Positions 42,145 through 51,859 of a DNA stretch of 64,000 bases are shown in pieces (within the stretch, counting starts at the first letter, position 1; every line of letters begins with the position of its first letter). The notes below the pieces were generated by a model, which had not been told where the DNA came from, searched no databases, and worked only from the letters and a program-made list of their open reading frames with translations. Origin of the DNA: Burkholderiales bacterium (GTDB lineage: Bacteria > Pseudomonadota > Gammaproteobacteria > Burkholderiales > Burkholderiaceae_E); the NCBI GenBank assembly GCA_026399875.1, contig JAPLQF010000006.1, positions 9,549-73,548 of the forward strand, given 5' to 3'. The translations under genes were made by a program, and so were the position numbers.

Positions 42145-43086
42145 ATGACACCTCTGTACAAGCTCATCAGACCTGCCCTGGGCATCGCCGGCGCAAGCCT
42201 GCTGCTGATGGCCGCCTGCCAGGCAAACCCTGACGACACCAGGCCGTCGTCGAAGACCAACTCAGACAAGGGCAATACCGGCTCGTCGCCGATCAATTCG
42301 ATCGAGACAGTGATCACCGACATGAGTCGGGTCAACGACATGGCGCTCGCCGGTGTGCCGAGCGGCCCGGGCTGGGCCACCGGACCCGGCCATGTGGTGA
42401 TGGGCAACGATCCGCGCGGCAGCCGCACCCCCGACTGGTGGACACCGGCCAACCGCCGCTACAAGAGCAAGGACTACTGGACGACGGTTCTGCCCTGGTT
42501 CGTGGTGTTCGATGGTGTGGGGCACGACGCCTCGAACACGCGGGTGCAGATTCGCAACCTCAGGGTGTTCGTCAAGCGCCGCTCCGATGGTCAGTGGACG
42601 CTGGTGGGCTCGAGCGTGCAGGTCAGCGGCGAGCTGTACCCGAAGCATCTGCAGGGCGACACCACCCGCAAGCCGGACGAACGCAGCGAGTCCGACGGCT
42701 CGACATCGGTCAAGGCGCCCGGCGGCAATCTCGCCTATCACGGCTGGTGCTGCGGCAAGCTCACGATCGATGCACCCGATGTCGCCGCGGTCTTCGTGAC
42801 CCTGCAAGCCAGGCTGATCCCCGATCGCAGCGAGCGACCCGATGACCGCCAGCAAGCCAGACTGCTGATCCAGATCGGTGCCGACTACTATCCCGACCGC
42901 AACACGCCGGTGTCGGCCTTCGCACCGGCGAGCTACAACCCGGGCGTGGGCGTCTCGCGCGCCAAACGGGTGACCGACACCTGGAGCGCCTTCAACTTCG
43001 CGACCATTGATGTCGGCGTGCAGGACCCGGGCGGCGCGGCAATCAGCGTCGCCGAGTTCAGATCTGCGCCCCCGCCGCTGGAGTAG
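42145..43086 (+). CDS. lipoprotein of unknown function, paralog B (WCCG domain)
   Basis: AAGGAGA RBS, lipobox LMAAC, NSIETVITDM, NTRVQIRNLRV, WTLVGSS, YHGWCCG and an APPPLE end. Confidence 0.7.
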   Translation: MTPLYKLIRPALGIAGASLLLMAACQANPDDTRPSSKTNSDKGNTGSSPINSIETVITDMSRVNDMALAGVPSGPGWATGPGHVVMGNDPRGSRTPDWWTPANRRYKSKDYWTTVLPWFVVFDGVGHDASNTRVQIRNLRVFVKRRSDGQWTLVGSSVQVSGELYPKHLQGDTTRKPDERSESDGSTSVKAPGGNLAYHGWCCGKLTIDAPDVAAVFVTLQARLIPDRSERPDDRQQARLLIQIGADYYPDRNTPVSAFAPASYNPGVGVSRAKRVTDTWSAFNFATIDVGVQDPGGAAISVAEFRSAPPPLE

Positions 43087-44209
43087 GCCGCCCGCTCTGG
43101 GCGCCATGCTCGGCAAAGACGCGCACATGGGCATCGGCCACCGCGTCCCAGCCAAAGAGCGCCTGCGCCCGCCGCTGCCCGCGCACGCCGAGTTCGGCCA
43201 GCGTCTCTGGATGCTCGAGCGACCACTCCAGACACTCCAGCAGATTGTCGATGTCGCCCTTGTTGAAGGTCACCGCAGTGTCGCCAACCACGAAGAGATT
43301 CTCGCGGATGTCGCTGCAGATGACCGGCGTGCCCAGCCCCATGTTTTCGAGGATCACCGGTGACAGGCCTTCAATGTCTGACGGCTGGATGTAGGCGCGG
43401 GCATGCTTCATCAGGGCATGCGCCCGGCCGCCGTAGACGAAGCCCGGAAACACGATGCGCGGATCGGTGGTGGCACGGCACTGACGCTCGAAATCCGAGG
43501 GATTGGGCGAGCCGCCGACCAGGACCAGCTTGCGGCTGGTCTTGAGTCGCTCAAACGCCGGGATCAGATACTGCAGCCCCTTGTCGGGAATGAAACGCCC
43601 GACGAACAGGAAATAGCCGCCGGGCTGCAGACCGAGCTCATCCAGAATCGAGTCGTCGAGATCCGACTCGTCGACCTCGCTGCCAAAGGGGATGTAATCG
43701 TAGTGACGACCGAAGCGATGCTCGAAATCGGCCTTGCAAAACACATTGTCGAAGATCACCGCATTGGGTGCGACCGCGGTGAGGTATTGCGCTGCGCGAA
43801 GATACCAGCGGGCGTACCAGGGCCACTTGGCGCGCTGCCAGTCGACGCCATCCTGAGACAGAAAAACTTTTTTTCCAAACAGACGAAGCACAAGCGCATA
43901 GGGGCTGTTGCCGCCGTTCTGGATGTGCACCACATCGGCGGTGTCGTGGGCAATGATGTCGATCGTGCAGCGAAGTCCATGCAGCAGGGTATCGAAGCCC
44001 TTGCGGCGGGTGAGCGTGCCGATGTTGCGCAGTGTCACACCGCGCCAGTCTTCGGCAAGCGCTGCCTCACCGGGATACAGGCGGTTGTAGGCCACCACCG
44101 AGTGACCGCGCTGCACGAGTCTCGGAAACAGCTCGCCCGCAAACTTGTCGGCCCCGGCACAGCCCGGGCGCGAGGGCATCGAACGAAAGCCAAAGGCAGC
44201 GATTCGCAT
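43058..44209 (-). CDS. GT-B glycosyltransferase (GT4; DUF1972-like N-terminus, possible rhamnosyltransferase)
   Basis: MRIAAFGFRSMPSRPGCAGADKFAGELFPRL at the N-terminus. The C-terminal Glycos_transf_1 region includes YIQPSDIEGLSPVILENMGLGTPVI. Confidence 0.7.
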   Translation of the reverse strand: MRIAAFGFRSMPSRPGCAGADKFAGELFPRLVQRGHSVVAYNRLYPGEAALAEDWRGVTLRNIGTLTRRKGFDTLLHGLRCTIDIIAHDTADVVHIQNGGNSPYALVLRLFGKKVFLSQDGVDWQRAKWPWYARWYLRAAQYLTAVAPNAVIFDNVFCKADFEHRFGRHYDYIPFGSEVDESDLDDSILDELGLQPGGYFLFVGRFIPDKGLQYLIPAFERLKTSRKLVLVGGSPNPSDFERQCRATTDPRIVFPGFVYGGRAHALMKHARAYIQPSDIEGLSPVILENMGLGTPVICSDIRENLFVVGDTAVTFNKGDIDNLLECLEWSLEHPETLAELGVRGQRRAQALFGWDAVADAHVRVFAEHGAQSGRPTPAAGAQI

Positions 44210-44222
44210 GAGACGCCCCCGC

Positions 44223-45119
44223 TCAGAGGTAATGCGAATAGGCGGATCCGACATAGTCGCGCAGCGCCACGCGCCAGTCGCGCATGCGATTCATGTTGCG
44301 CAGGGTGAGCTTGCGATTGAGCAGGCGTTCGGAGTCCGGGCGCGGGGCGAAAAACTCGGCCTTGAAAAAATCGGAATCGACCTCGTTGATGCGCACCCGG
44401 TCTTTCATGCCGATTGTCTCGACCAGTTCATGGGCGACCTCGAGCCGGCTGGTCACGCCTTCGCAGACCATGTTGTAGAGCCCCCAGTATTCGGCCTCGA
44501 CCAGCGCCTTGACGTTGGCGGCGAAGTCCATGGTGTAGGTGGGCGTGCCGAGCTTGTCGCGCACCACGTTGAGCTCGGTCTTGCCCGACTTGATCTGCTT
44601 CATGATCTTCTGGACGAACTTCTTGTCCTTGCGCGGCCCGCCGCCCATCATCCAGCCGGCGCGACAGACCAGATGCCGACGCGCGTTCTGGGTCACATAC
44701 AGCTCGCCGGCATATTTCGAGCGCGCATAGTGCCCGAGCGGATTGGGCAGATCCCAGTCATCGAAGCTGTCTTTCGAGCCGTCGACGATGCCGGCGGTGC
44801 TGATGTAGAGCAGCGGAATATCAAGCCGGTTGGCAATCCAGACCGCGTTCTCGACCGAGGTGGTGTTGGTGAGATAAGTGTCTTCGACATGCTGCTCGCA
44901 ATACTCGAGATCGGTATGCGCGCCGAGATGAAACAGGTAGTCGGGTCGAAACGCTTCGACATCCTTGCGATAGCCGTCGAGGTCGCGAAAATCGAGCAGA
45001 TCGAGCCAGGGCTCGTTCACATCCTTGTCGGTGCATCGCAACTCGTAGTCGCGGCCGAAGACCTGGTGAAAGGCTTGTCCGAGCATGCCGCCGCTTCCGG
45101 CCAGATAGATCTTTCTCAA
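44223..45119 (-). CDS. SDR-family NAD(P)-dependent sugar reductase/epimerase (RmlD-substrate-binding-like)
   Basis: KIYLAGSGGMLGQ Rossmann motif and YARSKYAGE (YxxxK). TTG start with GGAGG 6 nt upstream. An alternative TTG lies at 45149. Confidence 0.7.
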   Translation of the reverse strand: MRKIYLAGSGGMLGQAFHQVFGRDYELRCTDKDVNEPWLDLLDFRDLDGYRKDVEAFRPDYLFHLGAHTDLEYCEQHVEDTYLTNTTSVENAVWIANRLDIPLLYISTAGIVDGSKDSFDDWDLPNPLGHYARSKYAGELYVTQNARRHLVCRAGWMMGGGPRKDKKFVQKIMKQIKSGKTELNVVRDKLGTPTYTMDFAANVKALVEAEYWGLYNMVCEGVTSRLEVAHELVETIGMKDRVRINEVDSDFFKAEFFAPRPDSERLLNRKLTLRNMNRMRDWRVALRDYVGSAYSHYL

Positions 45120-45202
45120 GGCAGACCTCCGTGTTTTTTTGCTGTTCAAGTGGGCGCGGCCGCTCAGGCGAACCGCTCAGGCAAACCGCTCAGGCCAGTG
45201 TG

Positions 45203-46534
45203 TCACTGGGGTTGCACACGCCCAAGATCAGGAAACCCCGAAGCCTCGCAGGAGCTTGAGCCGGCGCTCATGCCGCGAACGCCGATCGCGTCGTACAAGG
45301 CCATCATCGCGGCGAGATAGCCACGCCGATGAAAGTCACGCTCGACCCGCGCACGTGCTGCGCGGCCCATCACGCGCACCGATGCATCGGGCAGCGCATT
45401 GACCATCAGCAGCATGCTGACCAGCGCATCGACGTCGCCCGGCTCGACCAGCCAGCCGGTGCGGCCTTCTTCGATCAGCTCGGGAATGCCGCCGATGCGG
45501 CTGCCGATCACCGGCTTGCCGGCGGCAAACGACTCGAGCACGCTCAATGGGGCGTTTTCGTACCACTGCGAGGGGACCACCACCGCGCGCGCGCCGCGCA
45601 CCAGCTTCGCGAGCTGATCGCCTTCGCAGTGACCCAACAGCCTGACATTGCCCACGCCATCGCGCAGCATCGACTGCAGCCCCTGCATCAGCGGCCCGTC
45701 GCCTGCCACCGCAAGCTTCACACCGGCCAGCACGCAGGCACGCATCAGGGTCTCGATGCCCTTCTCAGGCGCCAGCCGGCCAAGGTAGAGAAAATAGTCG
45801 CCGGCGCGATCATCGGTCTGGATCGCATCGGTATCGATCCAGTTGGGAATATGCGCGAAGCGCTCGGCAGGCCATCCCCATTCGACGAACTTTTCCAGAA
45901 AGAAACGACTCGGCACGATGATGCGTTCGAGGTTGTCGCCATAGCTGTCAAGCAGCCGGTGGACCACCGCCTCAAGCGCCACCACCGTGCTGGCGGCCAG
46001 CGAATCCTTGATGCAGCGATGCGCAAGCAGTTGCGCATACTGCCCGCCCTTGCAGCGCTCGCACACGCCGGTCTCGTTGTACATCTTGTTGTTGGGGCAG
46101 GCGATCTTCAGATCGTGCGCAGTCATCACCGCCGGTACGCCGGCCTTGCGCAGGACCGGCAGGATCGAGGGTGACAGGTGGTGATAGATGTTGTGCAGAT
46201 GCGCGACATCCGGGTGCCAGGCAGCCAGCAGCGAGCGCAGCTTGCGCTGCGCCTCGAAGGAATAAACCACCTTGATCGCCTTGCTCACTTTCTGAGCAAG
46301 CGGATACGCATGACCGAACTCGATCTCATCAACGAAGTAGGAGCTCCATTCGCTGGGCAGATTGCGAGGATGGTGCATCGAAAAAAAGGCGTTTTCCCAG
46401 CCCTGCTGCGCCATCAGTTCGGCATGTTGAAAATAGACCTTATCGGCACCGCCACGGTGATAGTGATAACTGTTGATGCTGAGCAGCCTCGGGCGCGAAC
46501 CGGCGCGATTCGGAATCTGGGTGCTGACATTCAT
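45203..46534 (-). CDS. GT-B glycosyltransferase (GT4)
   Basis: LLSINSYHYHRGGADKVYF at the N-terminus, then VVPSQWYENAPLSVLESFAAGKPVIGSRIGGIPE. Confidence 0.78.
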   Translation of the reverse strand: MNVSTQIPNRAGSRPRLLSINSYHYHRGGADKVYFQHAELMAQQGWENAFFSMHHPRNLPSEWSSYFVDEIEFGHAYPLAQKVSKAIKVVYSFEAQRKLRSLLAAWHPDVAHLHNIYHHLSPSILPVLRKAGVPAVMTAHDLKIACPNNKMYNETGVCERCKGGQYAQLLAHRCIKDSLAASTVVALEAVVHRLLDSYGDNLERIIVPSRFFLEKFVEWGWPAERFAHIPNWIDTDAIQTDDRAGDYFLYLGRLAPEKGIETLMRACVLAGVKLAVAGDGPLMQGLQSMLRDGVGNVRLLGHCEGDQLAKLVRGARAVVVPSQWYENAPLSVLESFAAGKPVIGSRIGGIPELIEEGRTGWLVEPGDVDALVSMLLMVNALPDASVRVMGRAARARVERDFHRRGYLAAMMALYDAIGVRGMSAGSSSCEASGFPDLGRVQPQ

Positions 46535-46548
46535 GGCGGGTCCCCGGT

Positions 46549-48117
46549 TCAGGTGCTGGCTTTGGCGCGCAGCACGCTGTAAAGCCAAAGGCGGTCATCA
46601 GCATCGACCACCCGCAAGGCAAGCACCGACAGTGCAAAGCTCAGCAACGTCGCCAGCAACGCCGAGCCGGTCGCGAGGAGTTGCGGCGCGACCGGTCTCA
46701 TTGCCAGCGCCACCGAAGCGCCGACCGCACCCGCGATCAGGCAGGACAGGGCCAGCGCGCGCCAGCGCGGCAGATTGAACTGCATCCGATCGCCCTGCGC
46801 GCGCATGCCGGCCACGGCCAGCCCGGTAAAGAGCAGGTCGACCCCAAGCACCGCCACGACCGCCGCATGGGGCGACCCGCTCATCGCGAGCGCCAGTGCG
46901 CTCAAGACAGGCGCGAGCAGGCAGACCATCGCGGCGCGCAAGAAGGCCGCCGAGTGGCCGCGGGTATAGGCGGCGAGTTCGACCACCCGCCGCACGGTGT
47001 GGGTAGCGAGCAGCGGCAGCAGCAGTGCCGCAAGCAGCAGCGGTGCCTGGACTCGGCCTCCCGACAGCAGGCCAACCCCGATATCACCCACCGCAACCGC
47101 GACCGCGAGTGCGGCACCGATCACCAGCAGATTGGCATCGATCATGAGATTGCAGTCGCGCATCAGCGGCGCGAAGGCTCGTCCGCCGGCTTCGTGACGA
47201 CCGATGGCAGCCGGCCTGAGCACACCCCAGAACATGTCGAGCGGCAGATAGCGCCGCACCACCTCGACCAGGCGGACAACAAATCCGAAGGCCGCGGTCG
47301 CCTCGGCACCGAGGTATCGGGCGACCAGAGCAGTCATGACATCGGTGCCGATCAGCAGCATCAGCACGATGCTGCCGTAGGCATGCGAGGCGAAGCCCGC
47401 CGATCGCCAGCCAAGCCATGCACCGATCTTTGCATCCATGCCGGTATGCGGTCGCGCGCGATGCAGATGGACCGCCAGGGCGACCAGTACCGTCAACAGG
47501 GACGCGAGCGAGGCGAGGAGTTCGGCATGGGCGACATCGGCGGCCTCGATCGGCTCGCCGGCCAGCGCCATGCCGCCGGTCATGACGAACACCAGCGCGA
47601 CCCGCAGCACCAGTGAAATCTGGGCGGTCTGCTGCAGCAGCAGCGCCGCCATCAGCCCGTCGCGCATGACGCGCGTCGGCCCCTCGATCGCCAGTACGAC
47701 CGCATACAGGCGCAGCACCTCGGGCGGCGCCACGCCGCCCAGCAAGGCCGAGATCGGTGCAGCCAGCAGGTAGATCACTGTCGCCAGCGCGCCGTAAGTC
47801 AAGAATGGCAACGGGGCCAGAAGCAGAATCGCGCGGCGCAGCTGCGCTGCATTGCCATGGACCCGGATACTGGCAATCGTGGTCTGCAGCACCCACTCGA
47901 TGCCGAGCGGGCCCAGCACGACGCCGATTTCCAGCATGGCGGTGGCCGCCACATAGCTCGCATACTCGGTGTGAGGCATGACCGCCGCCAGCATCAGGAT
48001 CAGCAGCAGTGACAAGGGCGCGCTGATCGCCTTGCCCACCGCAAAGGCCATCAGACTCGCCCTGATCCGGGACGGCCCGTAGGCGGCGTCGGCCTTCTGC
48101 TCGGGTGCGGCGCTCAT
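46549..48117 (-). CDS. Wzx-like polysaccharide flippase (MOP superfamily)
   Basis: About 14 hydrophobic segments and 522 aa. The start ATG overlaps the stop of the upstream GT. Confidence 0.65.
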   Translation of the reverse strand: MSAAPEQKADAAYGPSRIRASLMAFAVGKAISAPLSLLLILMLAAVMPHTEYASYVAATAMLEIGVVLGPLGIEWVLQTTIASIRVHGNAAQLRRAILLLAPLPFLTYGALATVIYLLAAPISALLGGVAPPEVLRLYAVVLAIEGPTRVMRDGLMAALLLQQTAQISLVLRVALVFVMTGGMALAGEPIEAADVAHAELLASLASLLTVLVALAVHLHRARPHTGMDAKIGAWLGWRSAGFASHAYGSIVLMLLIGTDVMTALVARYLGAEATAAFGFVVRLVEVVRRYLPLDMFWGVLRPAAIGRHEAGGRAFAPLMRDCNLMIDANLLVIGAALAVAVAVGDIGVGLLSGGRVQAPLLLAALLLPLLATHTVRRVVELAAYTRGHSAAFLRAAMVCLLAPVLSALALAMSGSPHAAVVAVLGVDLLFTGLAVAGMRAQGDRMQFNLPRWRALALSCLIAGAVGASVALAMRPVAPQLLATGSALLATLLSFALSVLALRVVDADDRLWLYSVLRAKAST

Positions 48118-49376
48118 GTCGGCGCGCCGATACCGGCCTGGCGTGACAGGACAGACAACGGCACGAGCGCCCGCAGTCGCGCCTCGACACCACGCGCCAG
48201 CACCTCATAGTCACGATGGGTCTTCACCCAGAGACGGCCGGCCTCGGCCTGCGCCTGCGCAGCCACCGGGTCGGACACCGTCGCGATGATCGCGTCGGCA
48301 AAGGCCCTGGCATCGAGCGCGACCACCCGCCCGCCACCGCTTTGCTCGACCACCCAGGCCTGATCCGGCTGATCGTTGCAGATCACCGGCAGGCCGCAGG
48401 CCAGATACTCGACCGCCTTGGTCGGCGAGCCGACCTCGGTGAGCGGGCTGCGCGGCACCGGCGACAGCCCGACCTGGGCGCGTTGCGCCAGCGCCAGCGC
48501 CTGATCAAAGGGCAGACGCCCGGTGAAGTGCACCCAGCGCGCCGCACCGGTCTCGACCGCATGGCGTTGCAGCCAGCCGCGGTCGCTCGGCTCGTCGGCC
48601 TCGCCGATCACCATCAGTCGAAACTCGGGCATGACCCGACCGACCAGCGCGGCGGCATCCACCATCACTTCCGGGCGCCGATAGCGATCGAGGGTGCCCA
48701 GATAGACCGCCACCGGATGGCCCTCAAGGGGCAGGGGCAACGACGACGCCGCAGGCGGAAGGGCGGCGGCATCGACGCCCATCGGCACCGCGCTCACCCG
48801 ATCGTGCCTGAGCGGCCCGCGACGCAGGGCCGCGGCCATGGCATCGGACTGCACAAAGACCCAATCGGCATGCGGCACGAGAAGGTGCTCGAGGCACAGT
48901 CGACCGATACTGCCGCGCAGCCACAGCCAGACACGCCTCGCCAGACCCACCGACCCGTCGCGACGGCCTGCCAGCCAGAGGTATTGCTCGGGCAAGGGAT
49001 AGGACATCCAGTAGCAAAAAGGGATGCGCGCGAGGCGTGCGGCCGCAAAGCCGACGATGCCCAGCACCGGCTTGTCGCGCACGATCAGCGCGTCATAGCC
49101 CCGGTTGCACAGCCGAAACAGCGACAACTGCTGCTGCAGATCGCCAAGGAGTCGGCGCAGGCGCGTGCGCGCCGGCCGCAGGAAGGCCTGGCCACCCGGC
49201 CAGTCGGGTGGCGTGAGGCAATCGTTCGGCGTCTCGGCGAGGGCGAGCAGATCGACCTGCACGCCGAGCGCCGGCAGCGCTTGTCCGAACAGCACGCGAA
49301 CATCAGGCCGAGCGCAGGGATGCGTCTCGGCAGTCGCCAGCAGAATGCGCAGGCTCGGGGCCATGGTCGAGCTCAT
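48114..49376 (-). CDS. GT-B glycosyltransferase
   Basis: LRILLATAETHP at the N-terminus and C-terminal GLSPVPRSPLTEVGSPTKAVEYLACGLPVICND. The start MSSTMAPS overlaps the Wzy stop (ATGA). Confidence 0.72.
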   Translation of the reverse strand: MSSTMAPSLRILLATAETHPCARPDVRVLFGQALPALGVQVDLLALAETPNDCLTPPDWPGGQAFLRPARTRLRRLLGDLQQQLSLFRLCNRGYDALIVRDKPVLGIVGFAAARLARIPFCYWMSYPLPEQYLWLAGRRDGSVGLARRVWLWLRGSIGRLCLEHLLVPHADWVFVQSDAMAAALRRGPLRHDRVSAVPMGVDAAALPPAASSLPLPLEGHPVAVYLGTLDRYRRPEVMVDAAALVGRVMPEFRLMVIGEADEPSDRGWLQRHAVETGAARWVHFTGRLPFDQALALAQRAQVGLSPVPRSPLTEVGSPTKAVEYLACGLPVICNDQPDQAWVVEQSGGGRVVALDARAFADAIIATVSDPVAAQAQAEAGRLWVKTHRDYEVLARGVEARLRALVPLSVLSRQAGIGAPT

Positions 49377-50881
49377 GCGGCGGCCTTGCCTTGGCCGGCG
49401 CGCCATCGCCAGGCAATCAGACCAAGGGTGAAGGCCACCAGCACCTGCAGGCTGGGCGCGATCAGCATGACATCGAGCGCCAGCACCGCCGGCACGGTCA
49501 TCACGATCACCGCGCGAAGAGTGCGGCACATCGCCCGATCCAGGCCCGGCGCAGCCTTGGCCGCCAGTTGCCCCGCCGCCCTGAACGCGGCACCCAGCAT
49601 CAGCAGGTAGAGGGCTAAGCCGAAAAGACCGACATCCCAGAGCAGACCGGCAAAGGCGGTCAGACCGATCGAATAGCCCGGATACTTGCGATCGACATGA
49701 CCGAACTGCTCGGTGCCGCGCGAGCCGTGCGAGGCGCCCAGACCATGCCCGAAGACGGTAGCGATCGGGTCGTCCAGGCCATGGCGGCTCCACCAGAAGG
49801 GCACGACATTGCTGCGGTTCAGGCTCGCACCACCAAAGTAGCCGCGGTTGCCGACGTTGTAGTCGAGGTTCTCCCTGACCCGCTGCTCGAAGGTCATCTC
49901 GGTGCGGCCTTCGGTCGCCTGGTACTGAATATAGAAAACCATCAGACCGGCGATCAGCACCGAGGCCACTACCGCGCCGGATGCAAAGGCAAACGGCCGA
50001 CGCCGGGCCAGATCGGCATAGACCACCGCCAGCGCGACCGGCAGAAACACCGCCACCATCTTGGTTTCGCCCAAGGCCAGCGGTGCCGCGACGACCGCCA
50101 GCAGCGGCCAGAAATAGCGCGCCGCAATGATCGATTCCCGCCTTGCGGCCAGCAGGCCGGCAATCGCCGCGACCAGCAGGAACACCATGACATTGTTGTT
50201 GGCACCGCCGAAGATCGACCCCTCGAAGGTGCCGGTGACAATATCAACCGGCACGACCTGGTTGGGCATGTTCAGGCGCAGCGGCATCAGCACGATGCGC
50301 TGATAGAGCGCAAACGGCAGCTGGATCGCCGCCAGCCCGAGCATGAACAGCAGCCAGGTGCGAATCTGCTTTGGCGCGAAGGGCACTGTCGCCAGTGCAA
50401 ACATCAGACCCCAATACTGGAAATAGCGTTTGAAGGCCGCCATGACCTGGTCGCCCGGTGCATCGCTCAGCAGACTCATGCCGGTCGCATAGACCATGAA
50501 GAGCACGGCGATCGCCACGAATCCCGGACTCGACTGCCCCGGGGCATCGCGCCGCGTGCCTTGGTACAGCACCGAGGCCGCCAGCAGCAGAAAGCCGAGG
50601 ATCGAAAACAACCAGGGCAATCGCGCCAGCGCCGGAAAATGCATCACCAGCGGCCCGCACAGCACGAGGGTGCCAACCAGCACCAGCCAGACGGTCTGCT
50701 GGACGGCGGTCAGCAGCAGCACGCCGAAAATCGCGCCGACCGCAAGGCCGATCATCATCGGATTGCCCGAGGCCACCACCACACCGCCGATCACAGCCGC
50801 GGTGGCAAAGCCCGCACCGACCGCCAGCGGCATCAGCCGGTGAGCCGACAGGGCAGGATGTGATCGCAGCCAGTTGAGCAC
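49373..50881 (-). CDS. O-antigen ligase/polymerase-like membrane protein (Wzy)
   Basis: Polytopic with 10 or more TM segments and a large loop, typical of Wzy_C proteins. GTG start, which is uncertain. Confidence 0.65.
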   Translation of the reverse strand: MLNWLRSHPALSAHRLMPLAVGAGFATAAVIGGVVVASGNPMMIGLAVGAIFGVLLLTAVQQTVWLVLVGTLVLCGPLVMHFPALARLPWLFSILGFLLLAASVLYQGTRRDAPGQSSPGFVAIAVLFMVYATGMSLLSDAPGDQVMAAFKRYFQYWGLMFALATVPFAPKQIRTWLLFMLGLAAIQLPFALYQRIVLMPLRLNMPNQVVPVDIVTGTFEGSIFGGANNNVMVFLLVAAIAGLLAARRESIIAARYFWPLLAVVAAPLALGETKMVAVFLPVALAVVYADLARRRPFAFASGAVVASVLIAGLMVFYIQYQATEGRTEMTFEQRVRENLDYNVGNRGYFGGASLNRSNVVPFWWSRHGLDDPIATVFGHGLGASHGSRGTEQFGHVDRKYPGYSIGLTAFAGLLWDVGLFGLALYLLMLGAAFRAAGQLAAKAAPGLDRAMCRTLRAVIVMTVPAVLALDVMLIAPSLQVLVAFTLGLIAWRWRAGQGKAAA

Positions 50882-50919
50882 GTCGTCGCCTGCTCGTGAT
50901 CAGAGGGTGTGACCCGGGG

Positions 50920-51804
50920 TCACAGCTCGTTCAGGGTGGTACCCAGGATGCGAATGCCCGAGTGGGTCATGATCGATGCGAGCTGCCCGATCTCCGAACT
51001 GCGGGTGCGTCCCTTGCGTCCCACCACGATCGCTGCGCCCGCACGCTGGGCGATCACATGCGCATCCGACGACTGCTGCGCCGAAGGAGTATCGATGAGG
51101 ATCACGTCGTAGGCGCTCGAGAGCTCATCAAGCAGCCGCGCGAATTCAGGACGACCAAGCAGCTCCTGCGGATTGGGCGGCTGAGGCCCGGCAGGCAGCA
51201 CCGACAGGCTGCCGATGCGCTCGATCGGCACGATCTCCTCGAGCCCTGCCCGATGGCTCAGGATGCCCGACAGGCCCATGCGGTTGGGCAGTCCGAAATT
51301 GAGGTGCTGGGTCGGCTGACGCAGATCGGCATCAATGATCAGTGTCCTTTCGCCCAGCTGCGCGAAGACCACCCCGAGATTGGCTGCGATGAAACTCTTG
51401 CCGTCGCCGCGATCGACGCTGATCAGCGCCAGCGATGTCTGCCCGGGCGTGCCGTCGAACCAGCGCATCATCAGCTGACTGCGAAGCGCCCGCAGTGCCT
51501 CGGCGAAGGGCGAGGTCGGATTGGACGCGGTCACGAGTTTCGAGGGCAGCTTGCTGTCGACCGACTCGATCGCGGTGTAGCCGAACTGCAGGGCAAGCGC
51601 GTCGTCGATATCCTTGCGGGCGACCAGCCCCAGACGCAGCGCAATCTCGCCGAAGCGATGGGCGGAGCTGCCCTGCTCGCTCAGGATGCCGGCCACCTGA
51701 GCCGCGGTGAGCCGACCCCTTGAAAACAGGATCTGCCCGATGCGCATGTCGGCCGCAAGCTTTCCGGCCTCTACAGCGACCGTGCTGGCGGGCATCGGAT
51801 TCAT
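50920..51804 (-). CDS. BY-kinase-like P-loop ATPase with N-terminal MshEN-like tandem motif, no C-terminal Tyr cluster
   Basis: Walker A SVDRGDGKSFIAANLG, A' LIIDADLRQP and B DVILIDTPS. The N-terminal RIGQILFSRGRLTAAQVAGILSEQ-GSSAH-RFGEIALRLGLVARKDIDDALALQ maps to 51586-51744. The start is uncertain (ATG at 51804 or 51795, TTG at 51870). Confidence 0.8.
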   Translation of the reverse strand: MNPMPASTVAVEAGKLAADMRIGQILFSRGRLTAAQVAGILSEQGSSAHRFGEIALRLGLVARKDIDDALALQFGYTAIESVDSKLPSKLVTASNPTSPFAEALRALRSQLMMRWFDGTPGQTSLALISVDRGDGKSFIAANLGVVFAQLGERTLIIDADLRQPTQHLNFGLPNRMGLSGILSHRAGLEEIVPIERIGSLSVLPAGPQPPNPQELLGRPEFARLLDELSSAYDVILIDTPSAQQSSDAHVIAQRAGAAIVVGRKGRTRSSEIGQLASIMTHSGIRILGTTLNEL

Positions 51805-51859
51805 TCTGTGCACCACACCGGTGTTGTTCACTGCGCGCCCCTCATGAGTAACGGATTGA

